Shown here: in pieces, positions 50,212 through 59,011 of the stretch
Position numbering within the stretch: position 1 is the stretch's first letter
How the letters are laid out: every line of letters begins with the position of its first letter
Assembly (NCBI GenBank): GCA_965248435.1
Contig: OZ252100.1
Coordinates: 3,936,001-4,000,000, forward strand
Source: Candidatus Latescibacterota bacterium
Lineage (GTDB): Bacteria > Latescibacterota > UBA2968 > GCA-2709665
Length of the DNA: 64,000 nucleotides
Direction of reading: 5' to 3'
Made by a program: the position numbers and the translations under genes
The notes under the pieces: generated by a model
The model's input: the letters and a program-made list of their open reading frames with translations, nothing else
Told to the model about the DNA's origin: nothing
Databases searched by the model: none

Positions 50212-51336
50212 ATGAACAAAGATTCTGACCCCGACCCGCCTGAACTTATCCAGTACTCGGGCCATATGGGCCACGTCGCTCGGCTCCCGGACGGCCTTCT
50301 TCTCTCCCACTACACGCTCGGCCGGCCGAAAGATGAGACCGCGCTCCCGGGTCCGGCACAGCCCGCCTACATCCGACACTCCTCTGACGGCGGCCTGATC
50401 TGGTCGGAGCCGGAGATCGCTTATGCGTATCCTCCCGGCAGGGGACGGCTCCCGTCTATCACGCAATCGCAGGGCACCTATCTCCTGGTAGACAGGGATG
50501 GCAACATCCACGCGTTCGCCTTGCGGTATCATTACCACCACACCCCGAAACACGGAGATCCGACCGCCCCGGCGCTCACTGAACTGCTGCACAACGTCTC
50601 CCGGGACGGAGGAAAGTCCTGGACGGAGCCAGGGCGGGTGGACTACGGACACTGGTACACGGGGGAGATCATGTCCGTCATCCAGCTGGAGAGCGGACGG
50701 ATCCTCATCCCCCTGGGCTACAACACGGACAACTACATTCGCGAGCGCGGCGAATACGAGCGACGGATCGTCACGGTGTATTCCGAAGACGGCGGCGAAA
50801 CCTGGGAGATCGGATCGGACAACATTGCGACGCCCATCGGCCTGCTGATGGGGCATACAGGGGCCATGGAGCCCGTGGTCGTCGAATTGGGGGACGGACG
50901 CGTATGGATGATCATCCGCACCCAGACGCCCTGCTTCTACGAGTCGTTTTCCGAAGACGGCGGCAAGACCTGGGCCCATCCTGCGCCCACGCAGTTCCAG
51001 GCGCCCAACGCTCCCGCGGCTGTCCTGCGCCTGACCGACGGGCGACTGGTCCTGTGCTGGAACGATGTCTCAGAATACCCCGGGGAAGTCATCCGGTCGG
51101 GCCGTCAATACCTCCACATCGCCGTGTCGAGTGACGATGGCAAATCGTGGAGCCGATCCAAGTTGATCGCCCAGAGAGAAGAGGGAGAACACGAGAACAT
51201 AAACGTGCGATACCCTTTTCTCTGCGAAACGGCGGACGGGTCGCTGCTCGTGAGGTATCACCGAACTGGAGGGGGTGGGGGGATCAACCGTCGTGAGCTG
51301 GTACGCATCGACCCGGACTGGATTGCCGAACGATGA
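50212..51336 (+). CDS. Sialidase-like BNR/Asp-box propeller protein
   Basis: Five Asp boxes (SSDGGLIW, SRDGGKSW, SEDGGETW, SEDGGKTW, SDDGKSW), MEP and RYP. Confidence 0.88.
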   Translation: MNKDSDPDPPELIQYSGHMGHVARLPDGLLLSHYTLGRPKDETALPGPAQPAYIRHSSDGGLIWSEPEIAYAYPPGRGRLPSITQSQGTYLLVDRDGNIHAFALRYHYHHTPKHGDPTAPALTELLHNVSRDGGKSWTEPGRVDYGHWYTGEIMSVIQLESGRILIPLGYNTDNYIRERGEYERRIVTVYSEDGGETWEIGSDNIATPIGLLMGHTGAMEPVVVELGDGRVWMIIRTQTPCFYESFSEDGGKTWAHPAPTQFQAPNAPAAVLRLTDGRLVLCWNDVSEYPGEVIRSGRQYLHIAVSSDDGKSWSRSKLIAQREEGEHENINVRYPFLCETADGSLLVRYHRTGGGGGINRRELVRIDPDWIAER

Positions 51337-51533
51337 CGACCGACAGGGTCTGGAAACATTACACTCCGGAAACTCGTTGCGATCGACTTCAGTCGAGTTG
51401 AAAGCCCACGCTCGAGAGATCATCATATCTAAATCCTGCGCTCCGAGAACGGCCGGGATTGGACCAACCCTGGTACGCAGTTCCATCCTCCCGGCCTCCC
51501 CTGATCCTCTCCTAACACCTAAGGAGACGAAGC

Positions 51534-52256
51534 GTGAAGGTTCTGGTGATCACCGACATTCACAGCAATATTCGCGCGCTTGAAGCCATCTGGGACCGTG
51601 AAAAAGACAGCGATATCGTGTATTGCACCGGAGATCTGGTGGACTACGGGCCGCGCCCAAAAGAGGTGATCGATTGGGTCAGGGAATGCGAGGCAATTTG
51701 CGTAAAGGGCAACCACGACACGGAGGTGGTATCGTGCTACAGGGATTGTGACCTCGGACGCCTGCCGGTAGAAGAAACCAGGTGGCAGCATCACAATGCA
51801 ATACGCTTGAGCGAGGAAGACATTATATTCCTTGAGCAGTTGCCTGCGGGCGTGGATTTCCGAGCAGACGGCATAAAGTACGGCATGACGCATCTATACA
51901 GAGAGCTCGAAGTGATCACGAGCCCACACGCGTTCGATCTCTTTGTCAAAGAGATGTTTTCTGGCGATCAGGACGGGTTCCCTGCGCGCTTGATTTTAGG
52001 GCACACCCATCGGGCCGGCGTCACCTATCTTGACGACACCAAACTCTGGATGAACGCAGGCAGCGTCTCTTACCGCGGGCAGCGCGACATACCCACTGAC
52101 CCATCGCAGGATGCGCAGTATATCACGATTGTAGACGGGGAGATTCAGATCAAGCGTGTTGCCTATGATGTAGCAAGCGTATACGGCGAAATGAAGAAGC
52201 AAAGCGTCATGGATACCGAGATGGAGACGGCCATCAGACTGTTTGGTCCGCGGTGA
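51534..52256 (+). CDS. Metallophosphoesterase (calcineurin-like)
   Basis: DIHSN, GDLVDYG, GNHD, GHTH and NAGSV. Confidence 0.93.
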   Translation: MKVLVITDIHSNIRALEAIWDREKDSDIVYCTGDLVDYGPRPKEVIDWVRECEAICVKGNHDTEVVSCYRDCDLGRLPVEETRWQHHNAIRLSEEDIIFLEQLPAGVDFRADGIKYGMTHLYRELEVITSPHAFDLFVKEMFSGDQDGFPARLILGHTHRAGVTYLDDTKLWMNAGSVSYRGQRDIPTDPSQDAQYITIVDGEIQIKRVAYDVASVYGEMKKQSVMDTEMETAIRLFGPR

Positions 52257-52329
52257 GCTCGACAGATTAGGGAATCCTTGTCCGTAAGAACGGGATCTGA
52301 TCACGTTTCCCACGCCAAAGGGAGGATGC

Positions 52330-53670
52330 ATGGCAGACAGCGAACGAGGGATCGTCGAGATCACACGGGGCGGTCCGGATCTGAGGACCCCACCGGATAC
52401 GCCTTCGGGCCGGACGTGGATCTACCAGATTACACACGTTTTTCAGGTGGCGGATGGTTTGGCGGGCGTTTTCTGTAATATTCGCGAAGGAAAGGTGAAG
52501 GGCGTGGATTTCGAGCAGGGGGGCGACGTGATCCTGTTCGACGACCTGTCTCGGGTGAGTGCCGAAGGCGCAGTGCCCGTGACCCGGAATCACGAAGAGG
52601 CGAATCCCAACTCGCACCCACCGGGGAAGCCGGGGAACATGGTAAAGTATCCGACGCACGGCGGTTTTGTGCCGCTGGGCGCGAAGCGGAGCGACGGCTC
52701 GCCTCATCCTCACGAAGGCACCGGGTTCAGCATCAGTCAAGTCATCGCCTGGCGCACGGACGATCCAGGCGAGCCCCCATATGGCCTGGGTTATTTCACC
52801 GGTGAGGAATCTTACGCCTACTTCGAATGCTTCCAGTACGCCTATGACGGCGCATCGTTCCGCGTTGTCAAAACGGAACGCCTTTCACACGAAGACCTCC
52901 TTCCGGGATGGAAGGTGAACGGTCAGGGGATGGCGGTCGCTATTCCGGACGGTGAGGATCTGCTGATGGCCTTTACGGCGACAAATCCGGACGCCGGTCT
53001 CGGGGCAGGTGTGATGCGCTGGCGCCGCAGCGGCGAGGACTGGCGCCCCGTTTCGTTCGTGCAAATCGCACCCAATTCGAGAGAGGCGAGCCTGATACGC
53101 GACCTCGATGGATCGTTCCTCTTTTCCACCCGCGGGGGCCCGGAACCGGACTACAACGATATCTGCGTCTGGCACTCTACGGACGGCGGAGAGACGTGGA
53201 CGAAGGTGATTCACGTTCGCGGCGTGATTTCGAGCGCACCGATCACGCTAAATCGCGCGGCAGATGGGACGCCGTACATCGTGGCCAATCTTTACGAGGT
53301 GTTCGTGCATCCAGCCGATGGGGTCAAGATGAAGGTCGATGCCGAGGGACAGCTGCGCGGAGGCGGGTGGACCCGGAAGACGCTGTGCATCTGGCCGTTG
53401 AACGAAGAACGAACCGGGCTGCTGACGCCGATCATTGCCAGGGACTGCCGGGAGGAATGGGGGCCGCCGCCGGGGGGATCGACGTGGCGGATCGATCATC
53501 CCTCAGGCACGACGGTGAAGCTCGCGGATGGGCAGTGGCACCACATCCTCGGGGCCCGCGTTGTGGAATACGCGGAGTTGACGCACGCAATGGGGCCTAC
53601 GCCTCAGACGGGTGCCTATCTGGAGGAAGTGATTTCGGCCGGGGAGCCGATACCGGCCTGGAATTTCTGA
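52330..53670 (+). CDS. Hypothetical protein with an Asp-box (probable beta-propeller)
   Basis: Long ORF with RBS GGAGG; STDGGETW. Confidence 0.7.
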   Translation: MADSERGIVEITRGGPDLRTPPDTPSGRTWIYQITHVFQVADGLAGVFCNIREGKVKGVDFEQGGDVILFDDLSRVSAEGAVPVTRNHEEANPNSHPPGKPGNMVKYPTHGGFVPLGAKRSDGSPHPHEGTGFSISQVIAWRTDDPGEPPYGLGYFTGEESYAYFECFQYAYDGASFRVVKTERLSHEDLLPGWKVNGQGMAVAIPDGEDLLMAFTATNPDAGLGAGVMRWRRSGEDWRPVSFVQIAPNSREASLIRDLDGSFLFSTRGGPEPDYNDICVWHSTDGGETWTKVIHVRGVISSAPITLNRAADGTPYIVANLYEVFVHPADGVKMKVDAEGQLRGGGWTRKTLCIWPLNEERTGLLTPIIARDCREEWGPPPGGSTWRIDHPSGTTVKLADGQWHHILGARVVEYAELTHAMGPTPQTGAYLEEVISAGEPIPAWNF

Positions 53671-53689
53671 CCAAAAAAGGCAAATGGTG

Positions 53690-54338
53690 TTGACATTGAG
53701 AGAAATCCCCCCTGCCCCCCTTTGTAAAGGTTCTTCGCCGAATGTTGGGGTTAGGCCATCAAGCTCTATTTGTAGAACTCGCCAGCTAGCCAGCGTCCCT
53801 GTAACTCAGGAGATGCATAGCTCAAAGCCATCAGGGCCGCGGTGTGCGACTTACCGTGCAACAAGGGGATTTCACCTCCCGGCGGGTTGGTTTTCAGTGA
53901 TCGCGAGCGTGTGGTGAGGATGTGGCCCACCTGCCATGATTGTTTTTTCCACTGAGGGTAAGGTGCCGCGGCCCGAGCCCCCCCGGCGTTTGAGGGGCGC
54001 CTTTCTTTTGCCTACTTTTCTTGTGGCGTGACAAGAAAAGTAGGCCGCCGGAGGCATGGTCTTATTTCTGGTTCTCGCGATACAACCCACCCCGCCCCTT
54101 CGGGGCACCCCTCCCAGGAGGGGACGGATTGTGCAGCCCCGGAGACATCGTCATTGCAGAGCGGAGCAAACGGCTTTGGAGTCAGAGAACATCGTCTCGA
54201 GATACGCCACGCCTTCCCCCGGAAATCGGTGATGAACCTTTACAAAGGGGGAGGTTGCTCTTTCTGAAAGAATACCTATCCATGAATAGATTCTTCACCC
54301 TTTGGAAAGGGGGATTGAGGGGGATTTCAAAACGCATC
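53690..54338. repeat. REP-like family 1 copy hosting element C
   Basis: TTGACATTGAGAGAAATCCCCCC... at left and GGGGGATTGAGGGGGATTTCAAAACGCATC at right. Confidence 0.75.
53729..54238 (+). mobile_element. Non-autonomous ISL3-ended element, copy C (510 bp)
   Basis: Left end GGTTCTTCGCCGAATGTTGGGG; shared core; right end CGCCACGCCTTCCCCCGGAAATCGGTGATGAACC, nearly identical to the autonomous ISL3 end. Confidence 0.88.
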
Positions 54339-54406
54339 GAATCCTTTTTCCACGACACACCACAGCCCTAAATATTTTCGCCACAGTACGTTAGGAGAAA
54401 CGAATC

Positions 54407-55621
54407 GTGTCTGAGCTGGATGGTCTGCTTCAAACCGCTGAATTCGAACAGAATCCTTATCCTGTCTATCACGAGCTTCGTGAAAGGGACCCTGTCTACT
54501 GGAGCGATCTCTGGGGCTGCTGGGTGCTCACGCGGTATGACGACGTCGTCTCCACGATGCAGGACCACAAGCGTTTTTCGAGCAAGGGTCGATTCACCCG
54601 GGTGATCGAAGGTGAGCTGCCGGAGCCGGTGCTCGAGAAGATCGCGCCGCTCATCCGTCACTATTCCACCGGGCTGATCAACGTGGATCCGCCAGATCAC
54701 ACCCGCATGAGGGCACTCGTGCACAAGGCCTTTTCCCCCCGCGTACTCGAGCGTCTGCGGTCCCACATCCAGGAGATCACGGACGAGCTGTTGGACGAGG
54801 TGCAACCAAGGGGCGAGATGGAGGTGATCCGGGAGTTCGCTTACCCGCTTCCCGTCATCGTGATCGCCGAGCTGATGGGGGTGCCGCAGGAGGACCGAGA
54901 CAGGCTGAAGGGATGGTCTGGGAGGATCATCGAATTCATGGCTACGCCCCGTCCAACGGCTGAGGTAATGCTGCGATCTCAGGAAGCCCTGCTCGAATTG
55001 AGGGAGTATTTCCGCGGTATCTACGACCAGCGCCGAAAGGAGCCTCGCGAGGACCTGATCGGCAATCTCGTAGAAGTGGAAGAGGCGGGCGACAAGCTGA
55101 CGGAAGAAGAGCTGCTGTCCACCTGTGTCACGATCTTGATCGGCGGCCACGAGACGACAACAAACCTGATCTCGAGCGGGCTGTATGCCCTGCTGCAGCA
55201 CCAGGACGCGCTCCTTAAGCTGAAGCGCGATCCGTCGCTGATCGAAACGGCCGTGGAGGAGTTCCTCAGATACGAGGGCCCCTTCCAGCGAAACCGGCGT
55301 GTGGTGATGGAAGATCTGGAACTACGCGGAAGACAGATCCAGAAGGGTCAGCTCGTGTTCCAGCTCGTCGGCGCGGCGAATCGGGACCCGGAAGAGTTTC
55401 CGGATCCCGATCGGTTGGACATCGAGCGCAAGCCGAACCGCCACGTCGCGTTCGGATACGGGGTCCACTTCTGTCTGGGGGCGGCGCTGTCACGGATCGA
55501 GGCCCCGATCGCGATCAACACGATCCTCAATCGCATGCCTGATCTGAAACTCGCGACGGATGCCGTGACCTGGAACAATGCTGTGTTCAGGGGGTTAGAG
55601 GCGCTGCCTGTGGCCTTTTGA
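54407..55621 (+). CDS. Cytochrome P450
   Basis: DPPDHTRMR, GGHETT, EEFLRY (ExxR) and FGYGVHFCLG heme motif. Confidence 0.97.
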   Translation: MSELDGLLQTAEFEQNPYPVYHELRERDPVYWSDLWGCWVLTRYDDVVSTMQDHKRFSSKGRFTRVIEGELPEPVLEKIAPLIRHYSTGLINVDPPDHTRMRALVHKAFSPRVLERLRSHIQEITDELLDEVQPRGEMEVIREFAYPLPVIVIAELMGVPQEDRDRLKGWSGRIIEFMATPRPTAEVMLRSQEALLELREYFRGIYDQRRKEPREDLIGNLVEVEEAGDKLTEEELLSTCVTILIGGHETTTNLISSGLYALLQHQDALLKLKRDPSLIETAVEEFLRYEGPFQRNRRVVMEDLELRGRQIQKGQLVFQLVGAANRDPEEFPDPDRLDIERKPNRHVAFGYGVHFCLGAALSRIEAPIAINTILNRMPDLKLATDAVTWNNAVFRGLEALPVAF

Positions 55622-55623
55622 AA

Positions 55624-55815
55624 GGGCCCTCACCCTGCCTCGCGGAGTTTATCCCGAGCCTGTCGAGGGGCTCGGCATCCCTCTCCCATAAATGGGAGAG
55701 GGAAGAAGCATGCTGCGTAACCCTCTCCCCTCTCCCACGTGTGGGTGAGAGTACATACTGATGAAACAGTTATGCGAGCACTGAAACGAGGGAGCGGGGC
55801 CGGGGGTGAGGGCCT
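55624..55815. repeat. REPIN-like repeat, family 3
   Basis: GGCCCTCACCC ... CCCTCTCCCATAAATGGGAGAGGG ... GGGTGAGGGCC nested inverted repeats. Confidence 0.75.
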
Positions 55816-55906
55816 TCAGCAATACCCAATATCTAATAATCAAAGAAGAGGTTACCGTGACACTAGCCGTGAAGAGATGTCAGTTTTCATCACAAGGAGG
55901 ATAACA

Positions 55907-56662
55907 ATGAGCACAGAACCGATCAAACAGGACACAGACGGGAACGGGATTCCAACCTACACGCTGTTTCCTCCGGCGGAAGATCGGCCGAAATATTCTA
56001 CTGAGGTGGAATCGGAGGCGGAGTTTCTGGGAGAAATCCGCGAGCCGCAGGTCTTCGAGACGGAGCACCACGTCTACACGGTTCCGTTCCGATACCGGAA
56101 CGTGAAGGTGGAAAACTTCCTGACACGAGGCGGCGGGAAGGGGATCGAACTGGCCGCGGAGATGGGGGCGATTACGATAGAGGAGGAGAAGCCGATCGTC
56201 TCAGTAACGGTCGTCGGATCGGGATGCTCCGGGAAGAACTACAACATCGTGGAGTGGTGGGGACCCGGAGAGGACATCAATAATTTGCGCAAGCTCCAGA
56301 AACTGGTGAAGAGACAGCGCGTGGACAACATGAACGGGCAACACAATGCCTGGATCCAGACGGCGCTGACCGAGGAGCCGCCTGAGTTCGAGACCGCAGA
56401 GGAGGGCAGAGATTACATCAAGAAGATCCAGAAGATCTTCTACAACATGACGAGCGGCTACAGCGTGCCAGGCAGCGTGATGAGCGGACTGTATGAGAAC
56501 ACGGCCTATTTCAGGATCGGGGACACGTCGCGTCCCGAGAATACGGTCACTCGGGTCGTCATCCGTGGAGGAGGCCTGGACTACGAAGATCCGGGCGGCA
56601 AGATCGCGCGATATCCCGCGGACTACACGTTCAGGCTGATCGATCTTGTTGTCAGAAAATAG
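55907..56662 (+). CDS. Hypothetical protein (251 aa)
   Basis: Strong RBS AAGGAGG, protein-like composition, downstream terminator; no motif recognised. Confidence 0.75.
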   Translation: MSTEPIKQDTDGNGIPTYTLFPPAEDRPKYSTEVESEAEFLGEIREPQVFETEHHVYTVPFRYRNVKVENFLTRGGGKGIELAAEMGAITIEEEKPIVSVTVVGSGCSGKNYNIVEWWGPGEDINNLRKLQKLVKRQRVDNMNGQHNAWIQTALTEEPPEFETAEEGRDYIKKIQKIFYNMTSGYSVPGSVMSGLYENTAYFRIGDTSRPENTVTRVVIRGGGLDYEDPGGKIARYPADYTFRLIDLVVRK

Positions 56663-56694
56663 GAGAGAATCGCTCCTAAAGTAAGACAGAGGGG

Positions 56695-56747
56695 AAAAGA
56701 AATCGCCGGGAGAGGCTGACGCAAACCTCCCGGCGATTTTCTTTTTT
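56695..56747 (+). terminator. Intrinsic terminator (possibly bidirectional)
   Basis: Stem AAATCGCCGGGAG / CTCCCGGCGATTT flanked by an A tract and TTTTCTTTTTT. Confidence 0.85.
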
Positions 56748-56917
56748 CGCCAACTGTAGATCGAGGATATATTACCTTGCTTCGCACCACAGACACACTC
56801 CGACCTTGTGTGTGATCCCCACCCTGTTGGTCAGCGGAGAGAGTTTCACAACTTGATACTAAACAGCAACTTATATCTTTATCTCTCAGCCCGCCAACTC
56901 TGAGTTTGGGAGAAAAA

Positions 56918-58903
56918 GTGGCATCCAACATCCCTGAAGCGATCCGGCCCAAAACGGAGGTCGCAACTGACCATCCTCCAGAGCGAGTGACACCGCGTGC
57001 GTTCGTTTTGGGGCTCGTGACGATCGTTGCGATGTGCATCTTCTCGGAGAACTATGGGAGAGGCCTAGTAAGAAGCTTCATGCCGATGCCGGCGCTGCTG
57101 ATGTTCATGGTGTGGATCGCGATCAACCTGGTGCTCAAGAGCGCCTACCCGCGCGTCGCGCTGTCCCGCACTGAAGTGCTGACGATCTTCGGCATGGCGT
57201 GGCTGGTCGGCACGCTCCCGGGCCTTGGCCTGGTCGGCTATCTGATGCGCAATGTCGCGGGTCCGGCTTACTACTCGACCCCTGAAGACCGGTTCTGGGA
57301 GGTCGTGGGGTTTTACGTCCCAAGGTTCCTATTGTTCGAACAGGATAACCCGGCCGTAAGGCCCTACTATCTCGGGCTGCGTGCGGGCGAGGTGATTGCC
57401 TGGGAAGCGTGGTTCGTCCGGCTTTACTGGTGGTTCGTGGGGATCTTGAGTGTGGTGATGGCCGGATTCTTCGCAAGCGTGATCTTTTACAGACAGTGGG
57501 CGGACAAAGAGCGACTCGTCTTTCCTCTGGCGACCTTTCCGGTGGAGTTGCTGCAGGAATCAGAGGCGAGTCGATTACCCGACTTTGTCAGGAATCCGGT
57601 CTTTTGGCTCGGGTTTGCCACGACGTTCGGGCTCCTCGCGTGGAACGTGGCGGGTTGGTTCGTTCTCACTTTGCCCCGGATCAGCCTCTATGACCATTAT
57701 ATCTTCAAGAATGTCTTGATTGCCCGGGATTTCCCTCCGTTGAACGTTCGCTTCCACGCCTTCATCATTGGCCTGGCCTATCACTGTCCTCTGAACATCC
57801 TGTTCAACATCTGGTTTTTCTACCTCTTGAATATTTTAAAAGAAGGGATCATGAACAGGACCGGGTTCTCTGTCGGTCTGGAAGGCCAACCCGCCGACCC
57901 AAGAGACATCTTGACGCTGGAGAGCCACGGGGCCCTGGTGGTGCTGGTGCTCTGGTCTGTGTGGGTCGCAAGAGGTCATCTGAAAGAGACGTTTCAAAAG
58001 GCTTTTCTAAGTCGCCGTCACGAGGATGATGGGGCCCCGGTCTCTTATCGAACGGCTTACCTGGGTTTCCTCGGGGCCGCGATCTTTCTACTGGGCTGGC
58101 TGATGGCGGTTGGCTTCAGTCTGCCCGTAGCCCTCCTCCAGATGTCCCTGTTGTTTATCATCTACTTCGCAATGGCGAAGTATGCCGCAGCAACGGGGTT
58201 CATCTTCCTCCGGGTCCCCGGGAGTAAGGGCACGTTGATCCTGAAGTCCATCCTCGGGACGGAGAACTTCTCGTCATCCAACCTGGTGGGTTTTGTGATC
58301 GTGGAGCGAAATTCGTTCGCCGGGGCGACGGCCCGGATGCTGGCGATTCCAGGGATTTGCCACGTGTTTCGAATGCTGGGTAACGCACTCCGACGGCATC
58401 CGCTGATTTCGCTTGCACTTCCTGCCGCGCTGATCACTGGCTACACCGCCCAGTGCTGGACGCACCTCTACAACAGCCACACGGAAGGCGGGATGAACGT
58501 CGCCTTCAGCGGGGCCGGAGCCGCCATGCTGGGCCTGGTACCACAGATAGAGGGGAGCGATCGGACGGTCTTCGATACGGAGAAGCTGATCGTCTGGGGG
58601 GTCGGGGTTGCTGAGGCCGCCCTGTTCATATTGTTGGGAACGCGATTTTCCAGCTGGCCGATTCATCCGGTGGGGTTGGCTTTTCCAACCCGCTACGGGT
58701 TCAGCGTGTTCCTGACCTGGCTGCCGAAGTTCATCATCCTCCGGTTCGGCGGGGTGGCCATGTATCGAAAATCTGTTCCCTTCTTTTATGGCCTCATCGT
58801 CGGGTATATCATGGCCGTTTGGTTCTATGCAATCGTCGACATCATCTTCTTTCCCTTCGTACGCGGATACGGGACCGCTCACGGCCTGCCACATCACTGG
58901 TAA
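56918..58903 (+). CDS. DUF6785/DUF6784-like membrane protein, tandem copy 1
   Basis: VTPRAFVLG, LSRTE, RQWADKERLVFPL, SYRTA, WPIHPVG and PFFYGL. Confidence 0.8.
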   Translation: MASNIPEAIRPKTEVATDHPPERVTPRAFVLGLVTIVAMCIFSENYGRGLVRSFMPMPALLMFMVWIAINLVLKSAYPRVALSRTEVLTIFGMAWLVGTLPGLGLVGYLMRNVAGPAYYSTPEDRFWEVVGFYVPRFLLFEQDNPAVRPYYLGLRAGEVIAWEAWFVRLYWWFVGILSVVMAGFFASVIFYRQWADKERLVFPLATFPVELLQESEASRLPDFVRNPVFWLGFATTFGLLAWNVAGWFVLTLPRISLYDHYIFKNVLIARDFPPLNVRFHAFIIGLAYHCPLNILFNIWFFYLLNILKEGIMNRTGFSVGLEGQPADPRDILTLESHGALVVLVLWSVWVARGHLKETFQKAFLSRRHEDDGAPVSYRTAYLGFLGAAIFLLGWLMAVGFSLPVALLQMSLLFIIYFAMAKYAAATGFIFLRVPGSKGTLILKSILGTENFSSSNLVGFVIVERNSFAGATARMLAIPGICHVFRMLGNALRRHPLISLALPAALITGYTAQCWTHLYNSHTEGGMNVAFSGAGAAMLGLVPQIEGSDRTVFDTEKLIVWGVGVAEAALFILLGTRFSSWPIHPVGLAFPTRYGFSVFLTWLPKFIILRFGGVAMYRKSVPFFYGLIVGYIMAVWFYAIVDIIFFPFVRGYGTAHGLPHHW

Positions 58904-58907
58904 AAGG

Positions 58908-58996
58908 CCGGGTACCGGGTACCGTAAAACACAGAATTCTAAAAGTCATGATTTTTGTTGGTTTTCGAACCCCGGTACCCTGTACCCGGTACCCGG
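58908..58996. repeat. GGTACC-heptamer inverted-repeat spacer, copy 1
   Basis: CCGGGTACCGGGTACCG-spacer-CGGTACCCTGTACCCGGTACCCGG; recurs at 61021-61108 and in part at 63681-63700. Confidence 0.85.
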
Positions 58997-59011
58997 ATTT
59001 CAAGGGGTAAA

